Source: Lytechinus pictus (lineage: Eukaryota). From it: a DNA stretch of 64,000 nt. Each line of letters begins with the position of its first letter. Position 1 is the stretch's first letter. Made by a program: the position numbers and the translations under genes. The stretch spans positions 9,674,001-9,738,000 of the forward strand of contig NC_087252.1 of assembly GCF_037042905.1 (NCBI RefSeq). The letters are read 5' to 3'. The notes under the pieces are model-generated. The model had not been told where the DNA came from. It worked only from the letters and a program-made list of their open reading frames with translations, and ran no database searches. Positions 12,875 to 26,337 of this stretch are shown in pieces.

Positions 12875-15800
12875 TTAAACCTATAAAGAACCAAAGCAGT
12901 TATAATGCGATTAATATGTATCCTCGATTTATATCATTATCATTATGGTTATTATATTTTCATTTATGATTGTTATTATTGTTCATTCATATGGTCAAAG
13001 GGGGTGGATTTAATAATAGTGGCAATACCAATGTTCGTAACTATGATAATGATTATATCCATAGTAATCTTAATGACAATGTGACTTGTAAAGGACCAAA
13101 TTAACTTTGTAGTGTGCTCAACGCGCTGTTAAAGAGTTTTGAAGTTTATTCGAAGATATAAATAATGTGAGAGAAAGAAAGCAAGTGGGAGAGAGATAGA
13201 TGGAGACGATAGAAGGGGGTGTTAAAATGTGGGAGGGTGTGTGTGTGGGGAGGGGGGGGGGTGGGATGCGTAAATAATAATCGCAGTCTCATTTTCTTCA
13301 ACTTCAAATTTAAAATCTAGTAACACATAGGAAGTACTTGAATATATAATCTGTCACACTTACTACCGAATCCAATGATTGATTAAAACCTAATTTCTGA
13401 TCTAAGCACACTCGTTAAATAAATGCACCTGCCCCTTCTTTAATATGAAAAATCTTAGATTGATTTTTACACTATATGCGCAAAGAAATGAGAGCCTCAA
13501 AGGAAATTTCGAGCCATTTTACAGCACAATGCAGAAATTATTCTGCCTCCAAGGCAAAAATTTAAGCAAGCTTTAACATAATGCATATCGTATTATACTG
13601 CTAAAGATTTGGACATTTCCCTTTGTATGTTGAGCAATTTTTTTTCTTTAATCGATCGTCATATCTAACATATTACGACTATGCAAACCTTTTTTCTAAC
13701 TAATCATTGCTTTCCAGATGGACTTAAATTTGACGTTTTTGTGCTCTATCTGGCAAACTCTCAGATTTTGTCAATTATTTCCCAAGTGGAGTGGGTCTAA
13801 CACTTCGAAAACGTGTTGCTCATTTATTCAGAAAAACTTCGGTGTTGACATTTTCCTTTTTTCAGTCAGATTGAGCGGGTATGCGTGTGCAGGAATGATT
13901 CAGGGGCTGCGGAACGGTTTCGAAAGTGGGGGGGGGGGGGGGAGGGGTCTGACCATGCCCCAAAAATCACAATCAGATGGTTATTTTTACGTTATTTGTA
14001 AGTGGTTTTGGAAAACAAAGTGTGCGGGGAGGAGCTGCTGAAGCCCACCCAGACCCGCTCCGGCTTAGCGCCCCCTGATTATTGTTTGCGTACATGTATG
14101 TTTTGCTAATGTCATGTTAATGTTGGTGATACTAAAACTATAAGAATCCTAAGTTCACGATGTAAAAAAAAAGGGGAAATGTAGTATAAAATGTATGCTG
14201 GTTACTGTTGAGGCAGGGCCTACTTTCTTTCACGTTACATTTTAGAATACGACCTCATGCTAAAAAGTTATGATTTCCTCCATATGTTGAGAATTATCAA
14301 CCAAAAAAATAATTAGAAGTAATTCAATTCGTCCATGGGATTTATGGCGTTTTAATTTATAAATGAATCTTCTCAATAATACGAACTAAAGCCCCTATAC
14401 TTTCAAGATATTCCTTTTAAAAAGATACGCCACAAGCCGTCCACCGCAAATCACTTTAAATCTCCTCATTTTTTCCCTGTAATACTCGTAGGCCTCAAAA
14501 TTTAATAAATTCCTTCAGATTTATTGGTTTCTTAGCGGATTATCGTTTCCGATGGTCATTTAATGAAGCCATTTTTCATTTTCTTTTTAAAGATGTCAAA
14601 GTACTAGTATGACTAGTATGAAACAGGAAACCTGTGCATTAGATTGACCGAATCCCAATTTGCCTTAGAAAAACGATAAAAAAGTAATTCACGAATCGTA
14701 TAGGCCAAAATTATTTTAAAATCGTCTAAACCATTTTTTTTTTTGGGGGGGGGGGGAAGCGGTATGGTTTCGCTCGTGCGTCCCAGCAAAAAAAACCGGA
14801 ACTCCCATGTCGTTTATTCTTCAAAAGCAAATGAATTATGATATTTAATTTACATAATCATATAATTCTAGCATTTCTCTTTGATTTGATACCTAATATG
14901 AGACAAACATTTCACGCGTAAATGAGCAAGACGAGTTTGAAATTTTAATGTCAAATCCAGATTTCGCAGAAAATATCGACAAGATTGCTTCGTGATACGA
15001 CAAATGCGACGATTGGCTCATTAGAATCTCTTGTATTCTTTGTAAAGATTCTCTTTCTGATCCCTGAAATGTGAATGGATTTAGATTCACACATGAGTTT
15101 CTGCGCAAATCGTTTCTGATATGTCTCAATATTTATTGTTTATAATCTGCCATGCGTGAACTATTTACTAAGCTGTTGGTTTAAAAATCAGAGCAGAGAT
15201 TCCACTCTTGCCATGAGTATCAAATTTATAGAAAAAAAAAGTATTTAATTATTGTGAAATCTATCTCTCAAACGGGTTTCCTTTTTTGTGGGATGCACTG
15301 TAAAGGAGATAGATTGGTCGTGGTAAATTTGAAATATGTTTATCTGTTGGTAACTGATATATCAGGTTTACTCATTGGTTTTGACTCGCTAAGAAAACAT
15401 CGTGTTTTGCGATTTAATACAAATCTGTTATGAATATAGGGGCCTACTCTACGGGGATTAGTATTGTTCTCTTCTTTTTATAGCGCAGTGGTGGTTTGAG
15501 GAATTGTGAATGGTATTTATCATGACTCTTTTCTTCCTACCTCTGCAATTTACACTTTCTCTCCTCTCCCTCTCTCTTACTTTCTGCTTGTTTCTCTCTA
15601 ATTTATGTGTATACATATGGATGTGTGTGATTTGTATTATAATGTTAATGTTAACTTTACATGTATATTGTATGTTGGGACCCTGCCAACCATGCAATTT
15701 GCTTATCAAGGGTATCCCTCCATTTTAAATCATATGTACTATGTTTATTTCATGTCATTTTTTTTATGTATGCTGATTTTTAAAGATGGAAAATGAATGA

Positions 15801-16868
15801 AAATTGAAAATTAGAGGGTGGTTTAAGCTTGAAAGGTTTCATTTTCACACTATTTTCAATAATAGTGTATTTCAAGACTGAGGCATTATCACTGTTTTAA
15901 AGAGAAATTGTACCAACTTTTTCTGATTAATTATTGTTTTAAAAGCACTGGGCAACACGGCAAACTTTAACGCCATCAGCTTCTAACTCTACTTGTCAAA
16001 ATTTTCTCCCCGTAATGCGCGTTTTGATAATGTAAACTTATTCTTCTCTGTGTTAATACCTTCATGCTTGTTACATTATACTTGTAGAATAATTTCAAAA
16101 GAGTTCCAAGTGAAATATTAAATCGCATTTCTCAATTTCTAATATTCAAATCTTTGTGAAAACAAGTGCCAAAAACAGGAATTGAACCGTACGAAAGGTC
16201 GTTCTTCTACATCAGAAAATCCCCGTTCTTTTTTAATCGTTTTACTACTCATAATGCCGGTGTTACATCAAACATCTATCGCAACGAACACGTGATATTA
16301 CCATAATATTTTCCTGATCATATTTCCCCGCTGCCACCGTTTAACAAGACATGGTGGTAACCTTGACTTGCAATTAATCTCTGCTTTCATTAAAATATGT
16401 TCCATTCTCGAGCTAAACCCCTCAATCTGAATTACTGGAGAGTGCTTAGCAACGTCACATATATTGATTAGTCTGTTCGTACAGACCCTGTATACGGTTC
16501 TTCTTCAAAGACGTCTCCAATCAACCACTGCCAACACGAAAATTCATTGCATGTTTCGTTGGAGTATATAGTAGTTATGTATATATATATACATACACTC
16601 TTAAAATGTTGGGCACATACTGTCCACACAACGATTGGTTAACAAATTTATCCAACTCTGGGTTGTTTACAACCAATACTGTGTAATTTTCACCCAAAAG
16701 GACGCACTTGTCTAACTGGCAGTTGAGATTTAACAAAAAGTAATTAACAAAAACAAGAATGTTATTGCTGAAAGAAAGCTATCGGGCAAATTCACTTAGG
16801 TACCCAGCCCCTGATTTATGTTCTTTAGTGGAAGACTTACAAGTGTCACTCAAAGGTGACCCCCCCCC

Positions 16869-16904
<36 letters not shown>

Positions 16905-19337
16905 AAGCAAATAAAAAACGATCAAACCAAAAAAAACCCATCGAGATTGAAGCCTGAGATGAAAAGAATAGAGAATAGGCAAGAGATGGAGAAGAATACT
17001 TTCAAAATATTAAACGAAAATTACGTTGTCGACAAGGAAAGCACAGGTTACGGCAGAGTGAGATATTAAATGATTTTGGTTTGACGATTTGGGATTAATT
17101 TCATGGCAGGCCTGTGTTATGCCGTAATCATTGGAAATCAAAAACTGATCCCATTGCACAATACTGATTTCTGTAAATAGTGCACGGACAACCTTTCTCG
17201 AGGAGGTGGGGCTTGGGGCCATGAACTCGCAACATTTTACGATCAGGAAATACAAAGGAGAAAAGGAAAAGTGTGAAATATGATATTAATTTTTTAGTTT
17301 AATTTCGAAATCTATTACAAAATAAGATTGTTATATTTAAACGTCACAATGTTTGCTAGCTTTTTGCTTGCTCACAGCTTTTAGAAAATGAATATTTCCA
17401 TTTATACCATGTTTGGTCGCTTCCATTATTTTTCACTCATCACGCTCCTGACGGGTCAAGTTGTTCAATAAAGAAATGAAGCATGAGCTCGCCTCTTTGA
17501 TTTCCTCTGAAATGTTACTATAAACGGCATGGGAAGTCGATAAAGTAAAATGTCCAAGTTCAAAGTAAGGGCCGCAGTCACACTTACAATATATCGGAAG
17601 CTATCGGGCCTGCGTACGTATTGAGATTGTGCAATTTACAGTTTTGATCGTTCTCATATCGATTTGCGTGTGTAAGTGATATCAGCATAAAGGTGAACGT
17701 TCTACATGTGTGATTGAGATTTTTTCCCGTTTTTTACTTTGGTGTACAGCGGAAATGCATGAAAGTTTGACAAAGTTTTTCAATAAAGAACGGAAATGTT
17801 TGAGGTCTGCACGAGTCGCAGCTTAACGGTTCACATTTTATGCGCACCAAAATAAATTGTCACCTGCGAGCAAAGTCGAATAAGATACAAATTAAGATAT
17901 TAATGTTTTCGAGAATCTGGATTCAATACATCATACGTTAGTTATCCTTTTTTTCATCCGTATATGCCAATTTCCTTTTTGGAGGTAAAACGCAAATTCT
18001 TCAAAAAAAAAAGAAGATTTCATGGGCCTGAAAAAGTATGCGCTAGCTAGCTTTCTTTTTCTCACAAGACGTCCTAATTCTGTAAGCTATATTTAGGGAA
18101 TATTTAAGGATTATGTAAACGAAGATATAATTTATACGAAAATATTTATAATCATCGCTTTTTCGTACCTGAAAAAAAAAATTGTTTGTTGCTTTTCTTA
18201 TCAAATTATATTGAAAGTAAATTGTGAAATTTTTGAGGTGATAATACCCTTTTTTTAGTTCCTTTTTTATTATTATTCTTGTTTAGGCAACAATGACGTT
18301 AGTTATTACCAAATAAAATTGGCAAAGAAAATCGTGAAGCTTCCTCATGGAACCCAGCTTTATGAAATCAATGATATGCATCTGCACAGGTACATCTTAT
18401 CCGCTGATAATTTTTCTTCCATTCTCACCATAAGCATAATATGTCTACTTTCCCTTTCATCACATTGAATTGGTTTATTCATTTCCATTTCACATATAAA
18501 ATCAAGCTGCCAAAAACGAAGACAACATAGCATAGAAATAAACCAATATACAAATCAAATGTATAATGTCACAATTAAACAATAATTCTTAACCACCAAA
18601 AAATAGAAATTGGATGCCATTAAAAGCATTAGGATTGTGAAACTGGGTTATCCCCGAAAAGAAAATAAAGATCGAGTGATGGAAAAAAAATTTGGATATA
18701 AATAAAAAAGAGGACAGAATGTCCAATGACAATAATATGAGATGAAAATGAAATGAAAATCATGCGTACCATTTTTCTAAGTCAAATTCATCGGGGCATT
18801 TATAACAACCATTATAAGCAGCCTGGAAGCAGCGGCCACAGTAATGGGATCGCAAAACCTGCAAATATTGTTTTATTATGCGTTTGCCTACCATTGTGAC
18901 ACGGATGTAATAAAGACGCATGTGTTGACAGAAGGGAGGGAGAGGGACATGATGCAATCTCATGAGATTTTGGTCCACGAGGGGGGGGGGGGGCAACCCT
19001 CTCTCATAGACAGCTGTACAAAGTTTAGGGAGAGCACGTGCCACCCGCCCCCTCCCAACGGATCACCGCCAATACTTGATGCTTTGAAGTGTCCACGCCC
19101 TTACCTTACATACAATTATTTCCTAAAAATTTGAATGTTTATACAGTGAAACCACACGACACATCAAAGCCCACCTTGTCACTACCGATCTACGTCAATA
19201 GTTGTGAAATGTATACCGAAATTCAAGTAATAATAGAACAGGAAGATTGCCACAGCGGTATAGCCATATCACAACGCGAAAAGTGACAAAAGGGAATAGA
19301 TTGAGTCAGGGTGGCGCCACTGGGAGGGGGGGGGGTG

Positions 19338-19685
19338 CACTAGCGTACCCCCCTGACGAGCCACAACCCATGCAAAGGACGTATCCCTGCCCCCCTGACG
19401 AGCTTGAAAGACCTTTTTTGCCCCCCCTGACGAGCTTGAAGACCTTTATTGCCCCCCTGACGAGCTTGAAGACCTTTATTGCCCCCCCTGACGAGCTTGA
19501 AGACCTTTATTGCCCCCCCTGACGAGCTTGAAGACCTTTTTTATTATTATTTTTTTTTTTGCTTGTCAATTTTTTTCTGGTATGAAATCCTTTATTTGTG
19601 ATTGAAGCCCTTTTTTTTTGCTTGTCAAATTTTTGGGCGGACGGTTTTGCCCCCCCCCCTGTGGAAAATCCTAGGTACGCCACTG
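19338..19685. mobile_element. hAT-type MITE with an internal ~31-bp tandem array
   Basis: CACTAGCGTACC...CTAGGTACGCCACTG termini, same family as 36277-36521; about 5 copies of gcccccc(c)tgacgagcttgaagaccttt(a)tt at ~19389-19540. Confidence 0.85.
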
Positions 19686-21229
19686 GGGGGGGGGTAGCGT
19701 TGCCGACTCCTATGATTTTGCAAGAAATGAAAAAAAGGAGGGATAAAATGGATATAATGGTTTAAGAAACACAGACCCAGGCTATGTAACTTCATACTAG
19801 CCTGAATATTCATTTGAAAAAGAAGTACATTCGCATTTAGGCAATCTTTCTCTCTGTTAAAATGTCCCCATGTCGCTGCCCGAGGATCGAGTTCGATTGG
19901 ATTTAATTATCTCGGTGATTTTGAATGGTATTTAATTATCAAAATTACTGCGCCGTTTCGGGGCGATGATAAAGAAAAAAAACAACACTTGGCGCCATTA
20001 AAAAAAAATTGTAACCTCCTTGAAGCTGTTTCTTTTTTTGTTGGTATTATATACATATCGGCGTGGAATGATTTAAATTAAAGGAATCGCAGCATCAGAT
20101 TAATATGATTATGGTTAGGAATAAAGGGGACCACTCTTTGTTTTCCTAATGCTTAGAATACCGAGATAATCAATGCGATTTCGAAGACGCTGATTTCTTG
20201 AAAGAATCACATCATGCGGTATGCTATTTTTAATGAATTATCATAAATGTTCAAATTACACTCAATTTCAATTGAATTATCGTTACTGCTTCATTCGCTC
20301 GAATTGATGTGAACATATTTCATTAGAGAACCACGTACAACAATTACTCTGTTTTATCATGTCAAATTGAAATATTATTTGTTAACATGTTCTAAGTATA
20401 GGTTCCTGGCTGAATTAATCGATGTCTTTTTATGGTGTTCCAGTGGTAATTTCACGCACAAACGCGCCTGAAAGGAAACGTGGCATGAGCTAATGTATTA
20501 GCGTATGTGCTATCTACCTTTCGATCCCCTGGCATAAATAATTTCATCACGTTTGCTGGGCATGTTCCGGGGGAACGGGGAGTGGGCTAAATAGCCATGT
20601 ACATTGGGGTTCTTAGGAGGAGGCCATGACCCTGCGAAGCGGGGGTCTGATTTTCCTGGGGGTGCTGCGTGTATTATTCTCCATAGGCAGCACCCCTTGA
20701 ATTCTGGAAGGTATGAACAATGGATAAATGCAACCAAAATGACCATCATTTTGTAGCGAAAACTTTTTTTCTTTTCTTTTTAATTTCTCGGGACCAAAAT
20801 GACCTCCATTTTGTAGTGAAACCTTATTTTTTTCTTCAAAATTTCTTAGGACCATAATGACCTCCATTTTATGTGATTTTTTTTTGGCTTTTAAATTTAC
20901 ATCAGGTCCCCCAGTATAAAAAAATCGTTCCCATGGCCCGTGGGGGGGGGGGGGGGGCATGAACTAAAGGAGGAGGCAATGAACCTATCAGATATATAGG
21001 CAGACGGATCGCAAATAGAGTGGGAACAAGTGGAGGGAAGGAGGGAGAGAGAAAGGGAGAATAATTGAACATGACGGCTGACTAGGGTAACGAAAGGGGT
21101 ACACATATCAGACATATAATAACTCTTTAGAACAAAAGTTGAATAAAGTGAGTATCACAACATATTGGTGTATACATCCGTTTACGGTAGATGTTAACAA
21201 GCTTAACGGGGAATCGGGCAGCAGCGAGA

Positions 21230-21420
21230 GAGAGAGAATTGGGGGAGAAGGAATAGTAGATGAAGAATATTCAAGAATTATATATGAGAAGAAAATATTG
21301 AAGGAAATAAATATGTAAATGTCGGGATACAGTTCCATCTACGATGTATTTTAAAGTAATGTGAGAACAAGATATGGGAGGGAAATAGAGTGTGGAATAT
21401 GGGAAAAATCGTGAATGATG
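21230..21420 (+). mobile_element. Decayed L1-like ORF2 fragment
   Basis: Broken peptides SRIIYEKKILKE...PSTMYFKVM*EQDMGG...WEK resemble the S-x-IY...(K)WEQDLG...W segment of L1/Tx1 ORF2. Confidence 0.3.
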
Positions 21421-22141
21421 CGAGTCGAGACCAAGGCGTTTGAATATTAAGACAAGTTTTGCTGCTTTATAAAGAAAATGTGTTCAAGAAAGGCGTTTGC
21501 AAATGCTTTAGAAAGGTGTTTTACATGTTTGTTTTTTTAATATAGGAGATTTTCCAGTTGCTATCTACGTCAGATATGAACATAGTGAATGCAACTCATG
21601 AAATGAGCTGAGAACGGAACGCTTGTTTATTGAATACACCTAATCGCATTAATGACAAAAGAAGATTAAAGGCAGTGTTTGCAAGTCGTTCAGAAATATG
21701 TTTTTATTATATTTTAAAGGTTTTCTCTTTAAGTGCTTTCTACATTAGATATCAACAAGGCGATTACAGGCAGGATGATTGAAACAATGCGTTTGCATAT
21801 CAAATACATTCTACCGGTTAGCTAAAAAAAAAAAAAAAGTATGGAAAGTGTTTCTAAGTAGTTAAAAATACATTTAACATTTTTTAAATTAAACAGGATT
21901 CTAAAGGTTTTTCCTTTTACTGCTTCCTTCAATAGATATTAACAGAATGAATATAAAAAGAGGAAAAAATATAATAAATCAAATACATTTGATCGCTTAA
22001 TGAGAGAGAAGATAAAATATCTATTTTTCTTTTTACATTTTTTTCCTGTTTGGTGCTATCATATTTAGATGGTAATATAATTACTGTAAGAGAGGAGGCG
22101 AGAATTAAGCGTACGTACATTAAATACGTATAGATTGCTTT

Positions 22142-22180
<39 letters not shown>

Positions 22181-22212
22181 CATACAAATTATGGAAGGTG
22201 TATGAAATGATG

Positions 22213-22466
22213 CACTGCAAAGTCTATGGTGTTGATTTCACACCGGCCCGGAATCTATATATGTCCACACCAGAGAAGTGTTAAATTACACCGGTTTGGT
22301 ATTGGCCTAACACCAGATAGGGGTTTATACAACACCAATTAGTATTAAAAGAGCATCGATTTGATTCCAAACTGGTGTTGTTTCAACACTTACCTGGTGT
22401 GGACATCAGTGGCGTACCTAGGATTTTTCACAGGGGGGGCAAAATTGGCCGCCCAAAAATTTGACA

Positions 22467-22506
<40 letters not shown>

Positions 22507-22552
22507 GTCATCAATACAAAATAAAGATTTTCGTACCAGAAAAAAATTGACA

Positions 22553-22590
<38 letters not shown>

Positions 22591-22715
22591 TCTTCAAAAT
22601 CTCGTCAGGGGGGGCAGAGTGCCCCCCCTGCCCCCCCCGTAGGTACGCTAGTGGTGGACATACATGTATATAGATTCCGGGTTGGTGTTTAATCAACACC
22701 GGAGTTCTTGCAGTG
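22213..22715. mobile_element. MITE with CACTGCAA termini and ACACC/GGTGT subterminal repeats (CMC/EnSpm-like), hosting a hAT insertion
   Basis: CACTGCAAA..GGTGTTGATT..ACACC..CCGGAATCTATAT at left; ATATAGATTCCGG..GGTGT..AATCAACACC..TTGCAGTG-TA at right. Similar organisation to 33478-33721. Confidence 0.75.
22407..22653. mobile_element. Young hAT MITE with perfect 8-bp TSD
   Basis: GTGGACAT (22399-22406) | CAGTGGCGTACCTA...TAGGTACGCTAGTG | GTGGACAT (22654-22661). Confidence 0.92.
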
Positions 22716-24821
22716 TAAAAATGTACTTTAGACAGTTTTAAGGGTTTTCCTGTTGACTGCTATCTATGTTAGATGTTAACATCGTGATTATAATGGCTTT
22801 AGGACGAAATAAACAGTTTTCTTCAGAAATGTGTTTTGTTACATATGTTTACGTTTAGTGCTTTCTACATTAAATGTTAACATCGTGAATATAAGCCGGA
22901 AGATGAAAACAGTGCTTCCGTACATTAATTTCATCTGATCGCTTAAAGAAAATTAAGGGCGGGGTTTCCAACGGTACAAATATGTGTTTATATAGGTTTT
23001 AAATGGTTATCCCGTTTACTGCTATATCAAAGTTAGATTATGACATAGTGAGAATAAGAAAGTGGGAATGAAACGTCTGTGTATTAAATAAACCTGATCG
23101 CATTATAATCAAAATTAATAGGCCTAATGACGCTGTTAACAATTTTCTTCTGAATTTTATTTCACACGTTTAAAAAGACGTTTTCGTTTAGTGCTTTCTG
23201 CATTAGATATCAACAAGGTGTTATAGGAGGGAAGATAATGAGGGTGCCCGTACATTAAATAGGCCTACATTTCATCCCTTTATAAAACAGAAAAAAGGAT
23301 AAAAAGGAGTATTTTATAAGTGTAAACATTGTATTTCAAATGCTTTTTGTTAAGGATCCATGTATACTGATATCGTCATTAGATGTTAACATAGTGAATA
23401 TCAGAAAGAAGGTGATAATAAGACATTCGTGTATCAAAAAATTGATATCTTTGTGAGAATAAAGTTATTAAGGAACTTTGCAAAATTAATGGATCAGAAA
23501 TGTGTGGGTTTTTAAAAATGTTTTAAAAGACGTTTCCGTTTAGTATTTTCTACATTAGATATTAATATAGTGGTTACAAGAAGATTACAATACGTCAGTA
23601 TATAAAAGACATTTGACTACTTTATATAAGAAAATGATATAAGGAAGGTGTTTATAAAGGTTAAAATGTATTTTATACGTGTTTTGTAAGGTTTTCCATC
23701 TTACTGTTATCTACGCTAGATATTAACATAGTGATTATGGGGCGTTTGTGTATTAAATACATTGATCACTTTATAAAGGGGGTCAAGAACGGTGTTTAAA
23801 AATGGTTCAGAGATGTGTTTTGTAGGTTTCCCTGTGAATTGCTACCTTCGCGTTATACTGGTCTGGCTTTAACTATATTCATTTTAAATCACTGAAATAA
23901 AAGGTGTGCTTGTGCTTTGCTGCCTACGTGATTGTGGGGTTTGTGCACCAAGCTGCATGTTATAACAAACGGCAGCTATATTATCAATTCTATTCATAAT
24001 GGACTCAACTGTCCATGGCTATGAGATGCAACAACTTGACCTTACAAGATTGCTGGCTTGTCTTGAAAAAAAATTCACTTGAAGGTATTCTTGAACAAAG
24101 GCACTTTTAAATCAAGGTCCCTGAAATCACCGTTCACCTGTCAGTTTAGCAAGGTCAACCTAGTCTTATCACGCAGACTGTTATATCTCTTTAAACAGGT
24201 ACAAGCCTGCATTAACTCGGGATGTGTCCTTGATGTTAAAAAGAAATAAATGGAATCCGACCATTTATATAGGACACATTTCAATACGGATACATACATA
24301 CTAAAAAAATACTGCAATGATGTAACATTTTCGACCATGTATGTATGCTGGTGATTGCTGAGGCTGTGTGTATATTTTTCATTTGATTTTCATATGGATT
24401 TTACCTTTTTTTTACTTGGAGCTACAACTCACAAGTTCTTATGAACTTTTCAGTAGTTTCCGTTTTTATCTGATGTAATTTTCATTCCTGTACATATTGT
24501 ATATTGTTTTTTATATTGTTGAGAAAGTAAAATTGAACTTTAACTTGAACTTTCACTTTATTAATTACTTTATCGAGGAAAGAAGTGGAAAGGGCTAGTA
24601 CTAAGAAATGGAAGTAATCAATGGGCAGGCGTAAAGAGCACACGTTGAAGCGGTGAAATGGTGCATGGTAGATTATGTATATAACGTTGCGTGCGAGCGA
24701 AAATTATTAATTTTAAAAAATAAAAGTATTAACTGGACATTGAAAAAAATATATTTTACAATTTTCCTGCCCCCCACCTTTACCATTTCCTTGGTCGTTG
24801 AACTTGTATTTTTTCATGTGC

Positions 24822-24910
24822 TAGTGGTAGTAGGAGTAGAAGTAGTAGCAGTAGTAGTAGTAATAGTGGTTGGTGTTTTTGTTGCAGTAGTAGTAGTAGT
24901 AGTAGTAGTA
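24822..24910. repeat. (GTA)n microsatellite
   Basis: gtagtagtag runs; these explain the Val-rich spurious ORF 24653..24940. Confidence 0.9.
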
Positions 24911-25915
24911 ATATTAAACGGCATCAGCAACAATAGTTAACTGGTAGTAGCAACAATATGCAACCACAACAGCAATATTAATATCGTGGTTAATAATACG
25001 ACCACTGTATAAGTAGTACTATGAGGCCCAATCTTCGTCCCGTATTATTACCATTACATGCGCAGTGTCTGAATTAAAAGACTAAGCTTGCGCAAAGAGA
25101 GTACTGATCGGGCAGGCCTTACACAACACGATTCACCGGACACCCAATCCATTACCTGTAATGTTCACTCAACCGTGCATATACAATGTATATTTGGTGC
25201 TTTTTTTTACCTTACGCGTGAGAAAACACTAGAGTATGAATGCTCCACAGCCATCGAAACACACTGCCAGGGAGAACCTGTTTGGATGTTGAATGTTATA
25301 TTAAGAGCCAGTGGCGTTATGAGCCAGACAAATGAGGGTAGAGGGGGCAGACATGGCGTATTGGAAAGAAAGTCTTTAAAACAGACAAGTTGGTGAGCCA
25401 ATCGAGCTATATATCCAAAGGCTTTACACTTGTAGTACCCAAATCTAATCTTGTAATTCATTTGATTTTGACATCGTTATATTATTTTGTACCTCTTTTT
25501 GATTCCTTTTCTTTGTTTTTGCTTTTTTTCTAGGTAGTAAAAATGTTGGGGGTCCTTGACCCCAGGCCCCCTCCCCCACCTCCTTACTTCAGTGTGAAGA
25601 ACACAAACTCCTCCTTACTATGTATTTGAATAAAATAAATCGATAAGGAGAGTAATATTGAAAAGAAACAACATTACTGTCCAGGCTCAGTATCCGAATT
25701 TACTCCAACATCCGACAAAAAGAGATAACATCGCCGCAAACCTAGTATAGGCCCCTATAGGCCTACTCAGCGAGGACAAAATATACCCTTTCATCTATCT
25801 CATTGATCTATCATCGACAATAGCACTTCTTAAGTCACTTTTGAATCAGTTTTCATGAAATACTCCCAACAGTCATGACAATGGATCGATGGGATGAATG
25901 TTTGGAATTACCCTG

Positions 25916-26337
25916 TACTCTCTAAGTGCAAAAGAGCTAAATCTAATCACAATCATCTCGGAGTGATAGTAGGGACCAATCCCTTTGGAGTGAATTGTAC
26001 ATTCTTAAAGAGTGCATTAGAACTTCTTCTGGGGCCTGTTGCAGAAAGAGTTGCAATCAATCGCAACTCTAAAAATCATGCGCAAATTGATTTTCAACCA
26101 ATCAACAGCGCGCATTTTTATTTACCTGCGATTGATTATTTGACTTTCGTTTAAACGCAACTCTTTCTGCAACGGGCCCCAGAAGTGAACTGTGCATCTT
26201 TTTAGACACTTTTACTCCAAAAAGAGGTAAAATCCACTCTAGAGAGATGCAATTCTCACTCTAAAATGAGTGAGTTTATCTCACTCCGAGAAGAGTGTGA
26301 TTAAGGGCCAGATGAACTCGTTTGCGATTAGAGAGTA
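25916..26337. mobile_element. MITE (TACTCTCTAA...TTAGAGAGTA) carrying a nested Harbinger-like MITE
   Basis: Terminal inverted sequences tactctctaa.tgcaaa.gag and ctc.tttgc.attagagagta; GAGTG/CACTC subterminal repeats. Confidence 0.6.
26032..26179. mobile_element. PIF/Harbinger-like MITE (GGGCC termini, CWG target)
   Basis: ctg|GGGCCTGTTGCAGAAAGAGTTGC...GCAACTCTTTCTGCAACGGGCCC|cag; diverged copy at ~58811-58960. Confidence 0.75.

Larger units (their letters stand above)
21440..23840. repeat. Degenerate ~170-175-bp satellite-like array with alternating A/B subunits, interrupted by nested MITEs
   Basis: Core ..tgct(a/t)tctac(g/a)ttagatat(t/c)aaca(ta/ag)gtga.. recurs near 21558, 21732, 21920, 22757, 22857, 23018, 23190, 23366, 23541 and 23703. 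Confidence 0.75.

Noticed and set aside
15900..16560. Possible exons of the mucin-like gene
   Set aside because: Frames are broken by stops; more likely a very old LINE remnant, too decayed to call. The same applies to ~8690-9300 and ~18300-18720.
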